From: Eledone cirrhosa
Taxonomy: Eukaryota
Assembly (NCBI GenBank): GCA_964016885.1
Contig: OZ024741.1
Location: 27,280,001-27,344,000 of the forward strand
DNA: 64,000 bases
Direction: 5' to 3'
Part shown: positions 1-15,400 of the stretch, piece by piece
Numbering within the stretch: the first letter of the stretch is position 1
Layout of the letters: the number at the start of each line of letters is the position of its first letter
Program-made: the position numbers and the translations under genes
Notes under the pieces: generated by a model
The model's input: the letters and a program-made list of their open reading frames with translations, nothing else
Told to the model about the DNA's origin: nothing
Database searches by the model: none

Positions 1-1138
1 CATTCACCATGAAGGAATCTCTGCAATTGCTGCAGACTCAGTGCATCAGCAGTCATGACAAGCCGCATCTTCCATGCAGAGAATGTTGGCAGTCGATGGA
101 TCTTTTAACTATTAGAACTCACTCCTTCTACAAGAGGTGGAAGAGTAGATGCTCCAGTCTGGTCAGTGAAGGACCAGGGCAAGGTACAACAGTCAGGCAG
201 TTGACAATGATATGATGTGTAAGCATTTGTCACTTCTGCCTGACCATAGCTTCCTCTCTACACATTTCTGGGTGTGACTAACCATCTTGGTCATAACCTC
301 ATTCCAATTCCTGTCCACATGGGGGTCCAGACTCCAAGCAGCTTAACAGATCCATCCATCCATTGATCTACATTGTTATCCAATGGTATGGACCTTCCTT
401 TCCAATTGATGAGCTGCAGGCCAATTGACTTGTCCAGGTTAATCTTTGCCTTGGACACCAACTCATGACTTGAGAATGGTGCTGACCACTTCCACTGTGT
501 CTAACACCATTATGGTGATGTCATCTGTGTAGGCTGTCACTACTCAAATGGTTCAAAGGATATGCCCTTCAACAGCTCCAGCATCTGCAATAGTGGCTCA
601 AGTCGCAGAAATATAGAAGCTGAAAAACAAGGCACCCCTAACAGACAGTACATGATGTTGAAAGGTGCCAAGATGTAGCCCTTAACTTTGATGACTGGTC
701 AGATGACACTGAGCCTTGCTGTGATCCAGCCTCTAAAAATGGGACCAGAACTGGCTGCTTCAAGGACAGCTGACAGGTAGTGATGGAGAACTCTGTCCCA
801 GTTGGGGCATAGACGGCCACTTATCTAAAGGTACCTCCTTCACTACCACTCACGTCCAGCACCACCAGCTTACTCTCCAGGTCCAAGAAAATTGTCCTAA
901 CATCAAGATCCAGAATATTCCTAAACAGTACTGCCATGCCATCTCCTGACACAGCACCAGTTGCAAACACTTCATTGTCATTGAAAATGGGGGTGAAAGG
1001 GCACATTCCTGAAATTATGGTCTCGCTCATAGCAACTACATCTATTTCTAGTGACCTGAGATCAGTCCGTAAGTGACCTTGTTTCTATGCTGAGCTCAGG
1101 CCACACACATTTATACTTGCTACTCTGATTGTAGCCAT
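1..1138 (-). mobile_element. Degenerate, internally deleted L1/Tx1-clade non-LTR retrotransposon ORF2 (APE endonuclease N-terminus joined to RT C-terminal half)
   Basis: Minus-strand reading from ATG at 1138: MATIRVASINVCGLSSA*KQGHLRTDLRSLEIDVVAMSET...GMAVLFRNILDLDV...KLVVLDVSGSEGGTFR*VAVYAPTG (APE motifs). Then, with frameshifts, AVLEAASSGPIFRGWI, LEPLLQMLELLKGI, VTAYTDDITIMV (YxDD), KINLDKS and VKLLGVW. Contains stops and frameshifts. Confidence 0.85.
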
Positions 1139-1269
1139 GTTAGTCAAAGAAATTGTGAAAGAAAAGAGGTGAGGTCACTCATCTTAGACTTCAAGAAGAC
1201 TGATTGATCCAGCTCTCTCTTTAGATGTGAGGAACTTCTTTATGGGTGATTGTAGTGAAAATGGCAAGA

Positions 1270-1565
1270 ATGAATGGTTCCACACTCAGCGGGAAAAATG
1301 CATTCATTACACCCTGTAAGGTGGTTGGCGATAGGGTATCTCACTGTAGAAACCATACTAAAAAAAGGGTCAACAGGATGTTTTAGTTATCTTAATGATA
1401 TGACAACCACTCTAGTGTTGGTGATATACCCAATAAATATACCCAGTACACTCTATAAAGTAATTGGGGATAGGAAGGACATCCAGCCCTACAAGGAGTT
1501 AGAAGGACTCTTCAACTGTATTAAAGTCATGGTAACCTCCCTAGTGCTAGTGCCGTGATAAAATG
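1270..1565 (+). mobile_element. Degenerate interspersed-repeat fragments related to the RTE 3' UTR motif seen elsewhere in the window
   Basis: Diverged copies of the GGTTGG..TAGGAAGGGCATCCAGC motif at ~1320 and ~1465 that recurs at 28775-28805 and 57390-57420. Confidence 0.45.
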
Positions 1566-1744
1566 GACTTGGTGAAGCATGGAAATTTATGTAAGCAAGA
1601 TGTGGATTTCCAGTAGTTGGTAAAGGCTGGGAATTTTTTCAAGTGAGATGCATCTCCCCCCTTAAAAAACATCTGAGAGGTGAGTATCTCTGCTTGAGTA
1701 CTGATCTCATCTGGGACAACACATCCAATTCCTGCTAGTAGATG

Positions 1745-1965
1745 TGATGGTGGTGTTGTGATGGTGATGGTTGTGGTGGTGGTGATGGTGAGGGTGGTTG
1801 TGGTTGTTGTGGTGTTAATGGTGGTGGGAATGGTTATGGGTGGTGGTTGTGATGGTTATGGTAATAGTTATAGTGGTGGTGGTTGTGGTGATGATGTTTG
1901 TGGTGACGGTGTTTGTGGTGGTGATGATTCTACTGCTGTTGCTGTTGCTGATGATGATGATGATG
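1745..1965. repeat. Degenerate (GGT/GAT/GTT)n triplet microsatellite
   Basis: Directly visible. Confidence 0.9.
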
Positions 1966-2264
1966 CTAACATTCCCATTCACCATATTCACATCTTGAGA
2001 CTCTGTCAGTGTTGGCACAAATCTAACATCCAGCTAATAACTAAACAATAATATCACAACCAACGCCATTCTGTCAAATTCTACCAATGTGAACATCTTA
2101 AAAGCCTCACCAGAAATATCTCTCATATAACTCCATTTTCTCTAGCTTCTTCTTTAACCAATCAAAAGAAGTTATTTTCAGCACCATTCTTCTTCCTATG
2201 TCAAGTGACAGCAATGTCAGGAGGTACCACTATAATATATTGGCGGTGGTATGATGTTGTTCGT

Positions 2265-2365
2265 ATCACTCTTGACAGAACCATCACCATTGTCATCATA
2301 ACCATCACCATTGTCATCATAACCATCATAACCATGATGATGATGATGATCATCATCATCATAAC

Positions 2366-2400
<35 letters not shown>

Positions 2401-2722
2401 CATCACTCTTGACAGAACCATCACCATTGTCACCATAACCATCATCATCATCATCATTGTTGTCATCATTACCATCATCACCACCAACACCACAACCACC
2501 AACACCACAACCACCAACACCACAACCACCATCACCACGACCGCCATCATGACAACCACCAACACCACAACCACCAACACCACAACCACCATCACCACGA
2601 CCGCCATCATCACAACCACCAACACCACAACCACCAACATCACAACCACCAACACCACAACCACCATCACCACGACCGCCATCATCACAACCATCACCAT
2701 CACCAACACCATAACCATAACT
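2265..2722. repeat. (ATC/ACC)n low-complexity array with a local direct duplication of TCACTCTTGACAGAACCATCACCATTGTCA
   Basis: Motif present at ~2266 and ~2403, followed by ACCACCAACACCACA subrepeats. Confidence 0.9.
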
Positions 2723-2777
2723 ACATTATATCAAAAACATCAGTTATTAAGGAATAGGAGAAACTACCATGTTCTAT

Positions 2778-5700
2778 AACAACAGCTACAGTAGTAGTAG
2801 TAGTAACAACAACAGTAGTAGTAGTAACAACAGCTACAGTAGTAGTAGTAGTAACAACAACAGTAGTAGTAGTAACAACAACAGTAGTAGTAGTAACAAC
2901 AGCAGCAGTAGTAGTAGTAGTAACAACAACAGTAGTAGTAGTAACAACAACAGTAGTAGTAGTAACAACAGCAGCAGTAGTAGTAGTAGTAACAACAACA
3001 GTAGTAGTAGTAACAACAACAGTAGTAGTAGTAGTAACAACAACAGTAGTAGTAGTAACAACAACAGCAGTAGTAGTAGTAGTAACAACAAGAGTAGTAG
3101 TAGTAACAACAACAGCAGTAGTAGTAGTAGTAACAACAAGAGTAGTAGTAGTAACAACAACAGTAGTAGTAGTAGTAGTAACAACAAGAGTAGTAGTAGT
3201 AACAACAACAGTAGTAGTAGTAACAACAACAACAGTAGTAGTAGTAACAACAACAGCAGTAGTAGTAGTAGTAACAACAACAGTAGTAGTAGTAACAACA
3301 ACAGCAGTAGTAGTAGTAACAACAAGAGTAGTAGTAGTAACAACAACAGTAGTAGTAGTAACAACAACAGTAGTAGTAGTAGTAACAACAACAGTAGTAG
3401 TAGTAACAACAACAGTAGTAGTAGTAGTAACAACAACAGCAGTAGTAGTAGTAGTAACAACAACAGTAGTAGTAGTAACAACAACAGTAGTAGTAGTAAC
3501 AACAACAGCAGCAGTAGTAACAACAACAGTAGTAGTAGTAGTAGTAACAACAAGAGTAGTAGTAGTAACAACAGTAGTAGTAGTAACAACAACAGCAGTA
3601 GTAGTAACAACAACAGTAGTAGTAGTAGTAGTAACAACAAGAGTAGTAGTAGTAACAACAGCAGTAGTAGTAGTAACAACAACAGCAGCAGTAGTAACAA
3701 CAACAGTAGTAGTAGTAGTAGTAACAACAAGAGTAGTAGTAGTAACAACAGTAGTAGTAGTAACAACAACAGTAGTAGTAGTAGTAACAACAACAGTAGT
3801 AGTAGTAGTAACAACAACAGTAGTAGTAGTAGTAGTAACAACGACAGTAGTAGTAGTAGTAACAACAACAGCAGTAGTAGTAGTAGTAACAACAAGAGTA
3901 GTAGTAGTAACAACAACAGTAGTAGTAGTAACAACAACAGTAGTAGTAGTAGTAACAACAAGAGTAGTAGTAGTAACAACAACAGCAGTAGTAGTAACAA
4001 CAACAGTAGTAGTAGTAGTAACAACAAGAGTAGTAGTAGTAACAACAAGAGTAGTAGTAGTAACAACAACAGTAGTAGTAGTAGTAACAACAACAGTAGT
4101 AGTAGTAGTAACAACAACAGCAGCAGTAGTAGTAGTAGTAACAACAACAGTAGTAGTAGTAACAACAACAGTAGTAGTAGTAACAACAGTAGTAGTAGTA
4201 ACAACGACAGTAGTAGTAGTAACAACAACAGCAGTAGTAGTAGTAGTAACAACAACAGTAGTAGTAGTAACAACAACAGTAGTAGTAGTAACAACAACAG
4301 TAGTAGTAGTAGTAACAACAACAGTAGTAGTAGTAACAACAACAGTAGTAGTAGTAACAACAACAGCAGTAGTAGTAACAACAACAGTAGTAGTAGTAGT
4401 AACAACAAGAGTAGTAGTAGTAACAACAAGAGTAGTAGTAGTAACAACAACAGTAGTAGTAGTAGTAACAACAACAGTAGTAGTAGTAGTAACAACAACA
4501 GCAGCAGTAGTAGTAGTAGTAACAACAACAGTAGTAGTAGTAACAACAACAGTAGTAGTAGTAACAACAGTAGTAGTAGTAACAACGACAGTAGTAGTAG
4601 TAACAACAACAGCAGTAGTAGTAGTAGTAACAACAACAGTAGTAGTAGTAACAACAACAGTAGTAGTAGTAACAACAACAGTAGTAGTAGTAGTAACAAC
4701 AAGAGTAGTAGTAGTAACAACAACAGCAGTAGTAGTAGTAACAACAGTAGTAGTAACAACAAGAGTAGTAGTAGTAGTAACAACAACAGTAGTAGTAGTA
4801 ACAACAACAGTAGTAGTAACAACAACAGTAGTAGTAGTAGTAACAACAACAGTAGTAGTAGTAACAACAACAGTAGTAGTAGTAACAACAACAGTAGTAG
4901 TAGTAGTAACAACAACAGCAGTAGTAGTAGTAGTAACAACAAGAGTAGTAGTAGTAACAACAAGAGTAGTAGTAGTAACAACAAGAGTAGTAGTAGTAAC
5001 AACAACAGTAGTAGTAGTAGTAACAACAACAGCAGCAGCAGTAGTAGTAGTAGTAACAACAACAGTAGTAGTAGTAGTAGTAACAACAGCAGTAGTAGTA
5101 GTAACAACAACAGTAGTAGTAACAACAACAACAGTAGTAGTAGTAGTAACAACAACAGTAGTAGTAGTAGTAACAACAAGAGTAGTAGTAGTAACAACAA
5201 CAGTAGTAGTAGTAACAACAACAGTAGTAGTAGTAGTAACAACAACAGTAGTAGTAGTAACAACAACAGTAGTAGTAGTAACAACAACAGTAGTAGTAGT
5301 AGTAACAACAACAGCAGTAGTAGTAGTAGTAACAACAAGAGTAGTAGTAGTAACAACAACAGTAGTAGTAGTAACAACAACAGTAGTAGTAGTAACAACA
5401 ACAGTAGTAGTAGTAGTAATAACAACAGTAGTAGTAGTAGTAACAACAACAGTAGTAGTAGTAGTAACAACAACAGTAGTAGTAGTAACAACAACAGTAG
5501 TAGTAGTAGTAACAACAACAGCAGTAGTAGTAGTAACAACAACAGTAGTAGTAGTAACAACAACAGTAGTAGTAGTAGTAACAACAACAGTAGTAGTAGT
5601 AACAACAACAGTAGTAGTAGTAGTAACAACAACAGTAGTAGTAGTAGTAACAACAACAGCAGTAGTAGTAGTAACAACAACAGCAGTAGTAGTAGTAACA

Positions 5701-8700
5701 ACAACAGTAGTAGTAGTAACAACAGCAGTAGTAGTAGTAACAACAACAGTAGTAGTAGTAACAACAGCAGTAGTAGTAGTAACAACAACAGCAGTAGTAG
5801 TAACAACAACAGTAGTAGTAGTAGTAACAACAAGAGCAGTAGTAGTAGTAACAACAACAGTAGTAGTAGTAACAACAGCAGTAGTAGTAGTAACAACAGC
5901 AGTAGTAGTAGTAACAACAACAGTAGTAGTAGTAGTAACAACAACAGCAGTAGTAGTAGTAACAACAACAGTAGTAGTAACAACAACAACAGTAGTAGTA
6001 GTAGTAACAACAACAGTAGTAGTAGTAGTAACAACAACAGTAGTAGTAGTAACAACAACAGTAGTAGTAACAACAACAGCAGTAGTAGTAGTAACAACAA
6101 CAGCAGTAGTAGTAGTAACAACAACAGCAGTAGTAGTAACAACAACAGCAGTAGTAGTAACAACAACAGCAGTAGTAGTAGTAACAACAACAGTAGTAGT
6201 AGTAACAACAACAGCAGTAGTAGTAGTAACAACAACAGTAGTAGTAGTAACAACAACAACAGTAGTAGTAGTAACAACAGCAGTAGTAGTAGTAACAACA
6301 ACAGTAGTAGTAGTAACAACAACAGCAGTAGCAGTAGTAACAACAACAGTAGTAGTAGTAACAACAACAGCAGTAGTAGTAGTAACAACAGCAGTAGTAG
6401 TAGTAACAACAACAACAGTAGTAGTAGTAACAACAACAGTAGCAGTAGTAACAACAACAGTAGTAGTAGTAACAACAACAGCAGTAGTAGTAGTAACAAC
6501 AGTAGTAGTAGTAGTAACAACAGTAGTAGTAGTAACAACAACAGTAGTAGTAGTAGTAGTAACAACAACAGCAGTAGTAGTAGTAACAACAACAGCAGTA
6601 GTAGTAACAACAACAGCAGTAGTAGTAGTAACAACAATAGCAGTAGTAGTAGTAACAACAGCAGTAGTAGTAGTAACAACAACAGTAGTAGTAGTAACAA
6701 CAACAACAGTAGTAGTAGTAACAACAACAGCAGTAGTAGTAGTAACAACAACAGTAGTAGTAGTAACAACAACAGCAGTAGTAGTAACAACAACAGCAGT
6801 AGTAGTAGTAACAACAATAGCAGTAGTAGTAACAACAACAACAGTAGTAGTAGTAACAACAACAGTAGTAGTAGTAACAACAACAACAGTAGTAGTAGTA
6901 ACAACAACAACAGTAGTAGTAGTAACAACAACAACAGTAGTAGTAGTAACAACAACAGCAGTAGTAGTAGTAACAACAACAGCAGTAGTAGTAACAACAA
7001 CAGCAGTAGTAGTAGTAACAACAACAGTAGTAGTAGTAACAACAACAACAGTAGTAGTAGTAACAACAGTAGTAGTAGTAGTAGTAACAACAACAGTAGT
7101 AGTAGTAAAAACAACAGTAGAAGTAGTAACAACAACAGCAGTAGTAGTAGTAACGATAACAGTAGTAGTAGTAACAACAACAGTAGTAGTAGTAACAACA
7201 ACAGCAGTAGTAGTAGTAGTAACAACAACAGTAGTAGTAGTAAAAACAACAGTAGTAGTAGTAACAACAGCAGCAGTAGTAGTAGTAACAACAGTAGTAG
7301 TAGTAGTAGTAACAACAGCAGTAGTAGTAGTAACAACAACAGCAGTAGTAGTAACAACAACAGCAGTAGTAGTAACAACAACAGCAGTAGTAGTAGTAAC
7401 AACAGCAGTAGTAGTAGTAACAACAACAGTAGTAGTAACAACAACAACAGTAGTAGTAGTAACAACAGCAGTAGTAGTAACAACAACAGCAGTAGTAGTA
7501 GTAACAACAACAGTAGTGGTAGTAACAACAACAGTAGTGGTAGTAACAACAATAGCAGTAGTAGTAACAACAACAGCAGTAGTAGTAGTAACAACAGCAG
7601 TAGTAGTAGTAACAACAACAGTAGTAGTAACAACAACAACAGTAGTAGTAGTAACAACAACAGCAGTAGTAGTAGTAACAACAACAGTAGTAGTAACAAC
7701 AACAACAGTAGTAGTAGTAACAACAACAGCAGTAGTAGTAGTAACAACAACAGCAGTAGTAGTAGTAACAACAACAGTAGTAGTAGTAAAAACAACAGTA
7801 GTAGTAGTAACAACAACAGCAGTAGTAGTAACAACAACAGCAGTAGTAGTAGTAACAACAACAGCAGTAGTAGTAGTAACAACAATAGCAGTAGTAGTAA
7901 CAACAACAACAGCAGTAGTAGTAACAACAACAGTAGTAGTAGTAACAACAACAACAGTAGTAGTAGTAACAACAACAGTAGTAGTAGTAACAACAACAGC
8001 AGTAGTAGTAGTAACAACAACAGCAGTAGTAGTAACAACAACAGCAGTAGTAGTAACAACAACAGCAGTAGTAGTAGTAACAACAACAGTAGTAGTAGTA
8101 ACAACAACAACAGTAGTAGTAGTAACAACAACAACAGTAGTAGTAGTAACAACAACAACAGTAGTAGTAGTAACAACAACAGCAGTAGTAGTAGTAACAA
8201 CAACAGCAGTAGTAGTAACAACAACAGCAGTAGTAGTAGTAACAACAACAGTAGTAGTAGTAGTAACAACAATAGCAGTAGTAGTAACAACAACAACAGC
8301 AGTAGTAGTAACAACAACAGCAGTAGTAGTAGTAACAACAACAGTAGTAGTAGTAACAACAACAGTAGTAGTAGTAGTAACAACAACAGTAGTAGTAGTA
8401 ACAACAACAGTAGTAGTAGTAGTAACAACAACAGTAGTAGTAGTAGTAGTAACAACAACAGTAGTAGTAGTAACAACAACAGTAGTAGTAGTAGTAACAA
8501 CAACAGTAGTAGTAGTAACAACAACAGTAGTAGTAGTAGTAACAACAACAGTAGTAGTAGTAACAACAACAGCAGTAGTAGTAGTAACAACAACAGTAGT
8601 AGTAGTAGTAACAACAGTAGTAGTAGTAACAACAACAGTAGTAGTAACAACAACAGTAGTAGTAGTAGTAACAACAACAGTATTAGTAGTAACAACAACA

Positions 8701-9950
8701 GTAGTAGTAGTAACAACAACAGTAGTAGTAACAACAACAGCAGTAGTAGTAGTAACAACAACAGTAGTAGTAGTAACAACAACAGCAGTAGTAGTAGTAA
8801 CAACAACAGTAGTAGTAGTAACAACAACAGCAGTAGTAGTAACAACAACAGCAGTAGTAGTAACAACAACAGCAGTAGTAGTAGTAACAACAACAGCAGT
8901 AGTAGTAACAACAATAGTAGTAGTAGTAACAACAACAGTAGTAGTAGTAACAACAACAGTAGTAGTAGTAGTAACAACAGTAGTAGTAGTAACAACAACA
9001 GCAGTAGTAGTAACAACAACAGCAGTAGTAGTAACAACAACAGCAGTAGTAGTAGTAACAACAACAGTAGTAGTAGTAACAACAACAGCAGTAGTAGTAG
9101 TAACAACAACAGTAGTAGTAGTAACAACAACAGCAGTAGTAGTAGTAACAACAACAGTAGTAGTAGTAACAACAACAGCAGTAGTAGTAACAACAACAGC
9201 AGTAGTAGTAGTAACAACAACAGTAGTAGTAGTAACAACAACAGCAGTAGTAGTAGTAACAACAGCAGTAGTAGTAGTAACAACAACAGTAGTAGTAGTA
9301 ACAACAACAGCAGTAGTAGTAGTAACAACAACAGTAGTAGTAGTAACAACAACAGTAGTAGTAGTAACAACAACAGTAGTAGTAGTAACAACAACAGCAG
9401 TAGTAGTAGTAACAACAACAGTAGTAGTAGTAACAACAACAGCAGTAGTAGTAGTAACAACAACAGTAGTAGTAGTAACAACAACAGCAGTAGTAGTAGT
9501 AACAACAGCAGTAGTAGTAGTAACAACAGCAGTAGTAGTAGTAACAACAGGTGTAGTAGTAACAACAACAACAGTAGTAGTAGTAACAACAACATCAGCA
9601 GTAGTAGTAGTAACAACAGCAGTAGTATTAACAACAACAACAGTAGTAGTAGTAGTAGCAACAACAACAGCAGTAGTAGTAGTAACAACAACAACAGCAG
9701 TAGTAGTAGTAGTAAAACCAGCAGTAGTAGTATTAACAACAACAGTAGTAGTAGTAACAACAACAGTAGTAGTAGTAACAACAACAGTAGTAGTACTAAC
9801 ATAAGCAGCAGTAGTAGTAACAACAACAGTAGTAGTAGTAATAACAGCAGTAGTAGTAGTAACAACATCAGTAGTAGTAGTAGTAACAACAGCAGTAGTA
9901 GTAGTAACAACAGCAGTAGTAGTAGTAATAACAGCAGTAGTAGTAGTAAC
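2778..9950. repeat. ~7.2 kb compound minisatellite [(AGT/AGC)3-7(AAC)2-4]n
   Basis: Directly visible; units mostly 18-27 bp, strictly in triplet phase. Confidence 0.97.
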
Positions 9951-11430
9951 AACAACAACAACAGTAACAACAACAATAACAAAAGTAACAACAACAATAA
10001 CAACATCAACAACAACAATAACAACAACAACAATAACACCAACAGTAACAACAACAACAGTAACAACAACAATTACAAAAGTAAGAACAATAACAACAGC
10101 AGCAACAATAACAACAACAGCAACAAAAACACCAACAGTAACAACAACAACAACAACAATAACAACAACAACAACAATAACACCAACAGTAACAACAACG
10201 ACAACAACAACAATAACAACAATAGCAACAATAACAACAACAATAACAATAACAGCAACAAAAATAACAACAACAGCAACAATAGCAACAATAACAACAA
10301 CAATAACAATAACAGCAACAAAAATAACAACAACAGCAACAATAACACCAACAGTAACAACAACAACAGCAACAACAACAACAGCAACAACAACAACAAT
10401 AACAACAATAACAACAGCAACAACAATAATAACAACAGCAACAACAATAACAATAACACCAACAGTAACAACAACAACAACACCAACAGTAACAACAACA
10501 ACAATAACAACAACAGCAACAATAACAACATTAACAACAACAATAACAACAGCAACAACAATAACAACAACAATAACAACAACAGCAACAATAACACCAA
10601 CAGTAACAACAACAACAGCAACAATAACAACAACAACAATAACAACAACAGCAACAAAAATAACAACAACAGCAACAATAACACCAACAGTAACAACAAC
10701 AACAGCAACAACAACAACAGCAACAACAACAACAACAATAACAACAATAACAACAGCAATAACAATAACACCAACAGTAACAACAACAATAACAACAACA
10801 ATAACAACAACAACAACAGCAACAACAATAGTAACAACAACAACAATAACAACAATAACAACAACAGCAACAATAACAACAGCAACAACAATAACAACAG
10901 CAACAATAATAACAACAGCAACAACAATAACAACAGCAACAACAATAACAACAACAGCAATAATAACAGCAGCAACAGCAACAACAATAACAACAATAAC
11001 AACAGCAGCAACAGCAACAACAATAACAACAGCAACAACAATAACAACAACAGCAACAATAACACTAACAGTGACAACAACAACAACAACAACAGCAACA
11101 ACAACAATAACACCAACAGTAACAACAACAACAATAACAACAGCAACAATAACAACAACAGCAACAATAACAACAACAACAACAACAGCAACAATAACAA
11201 CAGCAGCAACAATAACAGCAGCAACAACAACAACAACAACAACAACAGCAACAGCAACAACAACAACAGCAACAACAGCAACAATAACACCAACAGTAAC
11301 AACAACAACAGCAACAATAACAACAACAACAACAATAACAACAACAGCAACAACAATAACACCAACAGTAACAACAACAACAATAACAACAACAGCAACA
11401 ATAACAACAACAACAACAGCAACAATAACA
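9951..11430. repeat. (AAC/AAT/AGC)n array with interspersed ACCAACAGT
   Basis: Directly visible; contiguous and in phase with the preceding array. Confidence 0.95.
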
Positions 11431-11533
11431 ACTACCAACAACAACATTAAAATGACCACAACAACAACAACAATAACAACAGTATCATCACAACAGTATC
11501 ATCACAACTACCAACAACAACATTAAAATTACC

Positions 11534-11564
<31 letters not shown>

Positions 11565-12410
11565 GAACAACAATATCAACAACAGTATCACCACAACTAC
11601 CAACAACAACATTAAAATGACCACAACAACAACAACAGTATCACCACAACTACCAACAACAACAACATTAAAATGACCACAACAACAACAACAAGAACAA
11701 CAGTATCACCACAACTACCAACAACAACGTTAAAATGACCACAACAAGAACAACAATATCAACAACAGTATCACCACAACTACCAACAACAACAACATTA
11801 AAATGACTACCACCACCACAACAACAACAACAATATCAACAACAGTATCACCACAACTACCAACAACAACAACATTAAAATGACAACAACAACAACAACA
11901 ACAATAACAACAGTATCACCACAACTACCAACAACAACATTAAAATGACCACAACAACAACAACAATATCAACAACAGTATCACCTCAACTAGCAACAAC
12001 AACATTAAAATGACCACCACCACCACAACAACAACAACAATATCAACAACAGTATCACCACAACTACCAACAACAACAACAACATTAAAATGACCACCAC
12101 CACAACAACAACAACATTAAAATGACCACAACAAGAACAACAATATCAACAACAGTATCACCACAACTACCAACAACAACAACATTAAAATGACCACAAC
12201 AACAACAACAACAACAACAATAACAACAACAGTATCACCACAACTACCAACAACAACATTAAAATGACCACAACAACAACAACAATATCAACAACAGTAT
12301 CACCTCAACTACCAACAACAACATTAAAATGACCACCACCACAATAACAACAACAACAATATCAACAACAGAATCACTACAACTACCAACAACAACAACA
12401 TTAAAATGAC
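11431..12410. repeat. Variable-length (~55-80 bp) minisatellite with core AACAGTATCACCACAACTACCAACAACAACATTAAAATGACCAC
   Basis: About 14-15 copies of the CATTAAAATGAC-type marker; breaks the triplet phase. Confidence 0.92.
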
Positions 12411-15400
12411 CACCACCACCTATAACAACAACAGTAACACCAATGCCACCACCACCACCACCTATATCAACAACAGTAACAACAACACCACCACCACCAC
12501 CACCTATAACAACAACAGTAACACCAACACCACCACCACCACCACCTATAACAACAACAGTAACACCAAACCCACCACCACCACCACCTATAACAACAAC
12601 AGTAACACCAAACCCACCACCACCACCACCTATAACAACAACAGTAACAACAACACCACCACCACCACCTATAACAACAACAGTAACACCAACGCCACCA
12701 CCACCACCACCTATAACAACAACAGTAACACCAACACCACCACCACCACCACCACCTATAACAACAACAGTAACACCAACGCCACCACCACCACCACCTA
12801 TAACAACAACAGTAACACCAACACCACAACCACCACCACCTATAACAACAACAGTAACAACAACTCCACCACCACCTATAACAACAACAGTAACAACAAC
12901 ACCACCACCACCACCACCACCTATAACAACAACAGTAACACCAACCCCACCACCACCACCACCTATAACAACAGTAACACCAACCCCACCACCACCACCA
13001 CCTATAACAACAACAGTAACAACAACACCACCACCACCACGACCACCTATAACAACAACAGTAACACCAACGCCACCACCACCACCTATAACAACAACAG
13101 TAACACCAACGCCACCACCACCACCACCTATAACAACAACAGTAACAACAACTCCACCACCACCACCACCTATAACAACAACAGTAACACCAACCCCACC
13201 ACCACCACCACCTATAACAACAACAGTAACACCAACGCCACCACCACCACCACCTATAACAACAACAGTAACAACAACACCACCACCACCACCACCTATA
13301 ACAACAACAGTAACACCAACCCCACCACCACCACCTATTACAACAACACTAACACCACCACCACCACCACCACCACCTATAACAACAACAGTAACGCCAA
13401 CCCCACCACCACCACCACCTATAACAACAACAGTAACACCAACGCCGCCACCACCACCACCTATAACAACAACAATAACACCAACGCCACCACCACCACC
13501 ACCACCTATAACAACAACAGTAACACCAACGCCACCACCATCACCTATAACAACAACAGTAACACGAACCCCACCACCACCACCTATAACAACAACAGTA
13601 ACACCAACGTCACCACCACCACCACCTATAACAACAACAGTAACACCAACCCCACCACCACCACCACCTATAACAACAACGGTAACACCAACCCCACAAC
13701 CACCACCACCTATAACAACAACAGTAACACCAACTCCACCACCACCACCACCTATAACAACAACAGTAACACCAACACCACCACCACCACCACCTATAAC
13801 AACAACAGTAACACCAAGCCCACCACCACCTCCACCACCTATAACAACAACAGTAACAACAACTCCACCACCACCACCACCACCTATAACGACAACAGTA
13901 ACACCAACCCCACCACCACCACCACCACCTATAACAACAACTCCACCACCACCACCACCTATAACAACAACAACAGTAACAACAACTCCACCACCACCAC
14001 CACCTATAACAATAACAGTAACACCAACGCCACCACCACCACCACCACCTATAACAACAACAGTAACACCAACCCCACCACCACCACCACCACCTATAAC
14101 AACAACAGTAACAAGAACGCCACCACCACCACCACCACCACCACCTATAACAACAACAGTAACACCAACGCCACCACCACCACCACCACCTATAACAACA
14201 ACAGTAACAACAACTCCACCACCACCTATAACAACAACAGTAACAACAACACCACCACCACCACCACCACCACCACCTATGACAACAACAGTAACAACAA
14301 ATCCACCACCACCACCACCTATAACAACAACAGTAACAACAACCCCACCACCACCACCACCACCTATAACAACAACAGTAACAACAACTCCACCACCACC
14401 ACCACCTATAACAATAACAGTAACACCAACGCCACCACCACCACCACCACCACCTATAACAACAACAGTAACATCAACTCCACCACCACCACGACCACCT
14501 ATAACAACAACAGTAACACCAACTCCACCACCACCACCACCTATAACAACAACAGTAACAACAACACCACCACCACCACCACCTATAACAACAACAGTAA
14601 CAACAACTCCACCACCACCACCACCTATAACAACAACAGTAACAACAACACCACTACCACCACCTATAACAATAACAGCAACACCAACGCCGCCACCACC
14701 ACCACCACCTATAACAACAACAGTAACAACAACACCACCACCACCACCACCACCTATAACAACAACAGTAACACCAACCCCACCACCACCACCACCTATA
14801 ACAACAACAGTAACAACAACTCCACCACCACCACCACCTATAACAACAACAGTAACAACAACACCACCACCACCACCACCACCTATAACAATAACAGTAA
14901 CACCAACGCCACCACCACCACCACCACCTATAACAACAACAGTAACAACAACACCACCACCACCACCACAACCTATAACAACAACAGTAACACCAACCCC
15001 ACCACCACCACCTATAACAACTACAGTAACACCACCACCACCACCACCACCACCTATAACAACAACAGTAACACCAACCCCACCACCACCACCACCTATA
15101 ACAACAACAGTAACACCAACCCCACCACCACCACCACCTATAACAACAACAGTAACACCAACGCCACCACCACCACCACCTATAACAACAACAGTAACAC
15201 CAACCCCACCACCACCACCACCTATAACAACAACAGTAACACCAACGCCACCACCACCACCACCTATAACAACAACAGTAACACCAACTCCACCACCACC
15301 ACCTATAACAACAGTAACACCAACCCAACCACCACCACCACCTATAACAACAACAGTAACAACAACTCCACCACCACCTATAACAACAACAGTAACACCA

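Noticed and set aside
2721-11459. 2,400-2,900 aa ORFs (poly-S/N, poly-V/T, poly-L) on both strands
   Set aside because: Several frames on both strands are open at once, as expected for in-phase triplet repeats; no domain, signal peptide or splice context.
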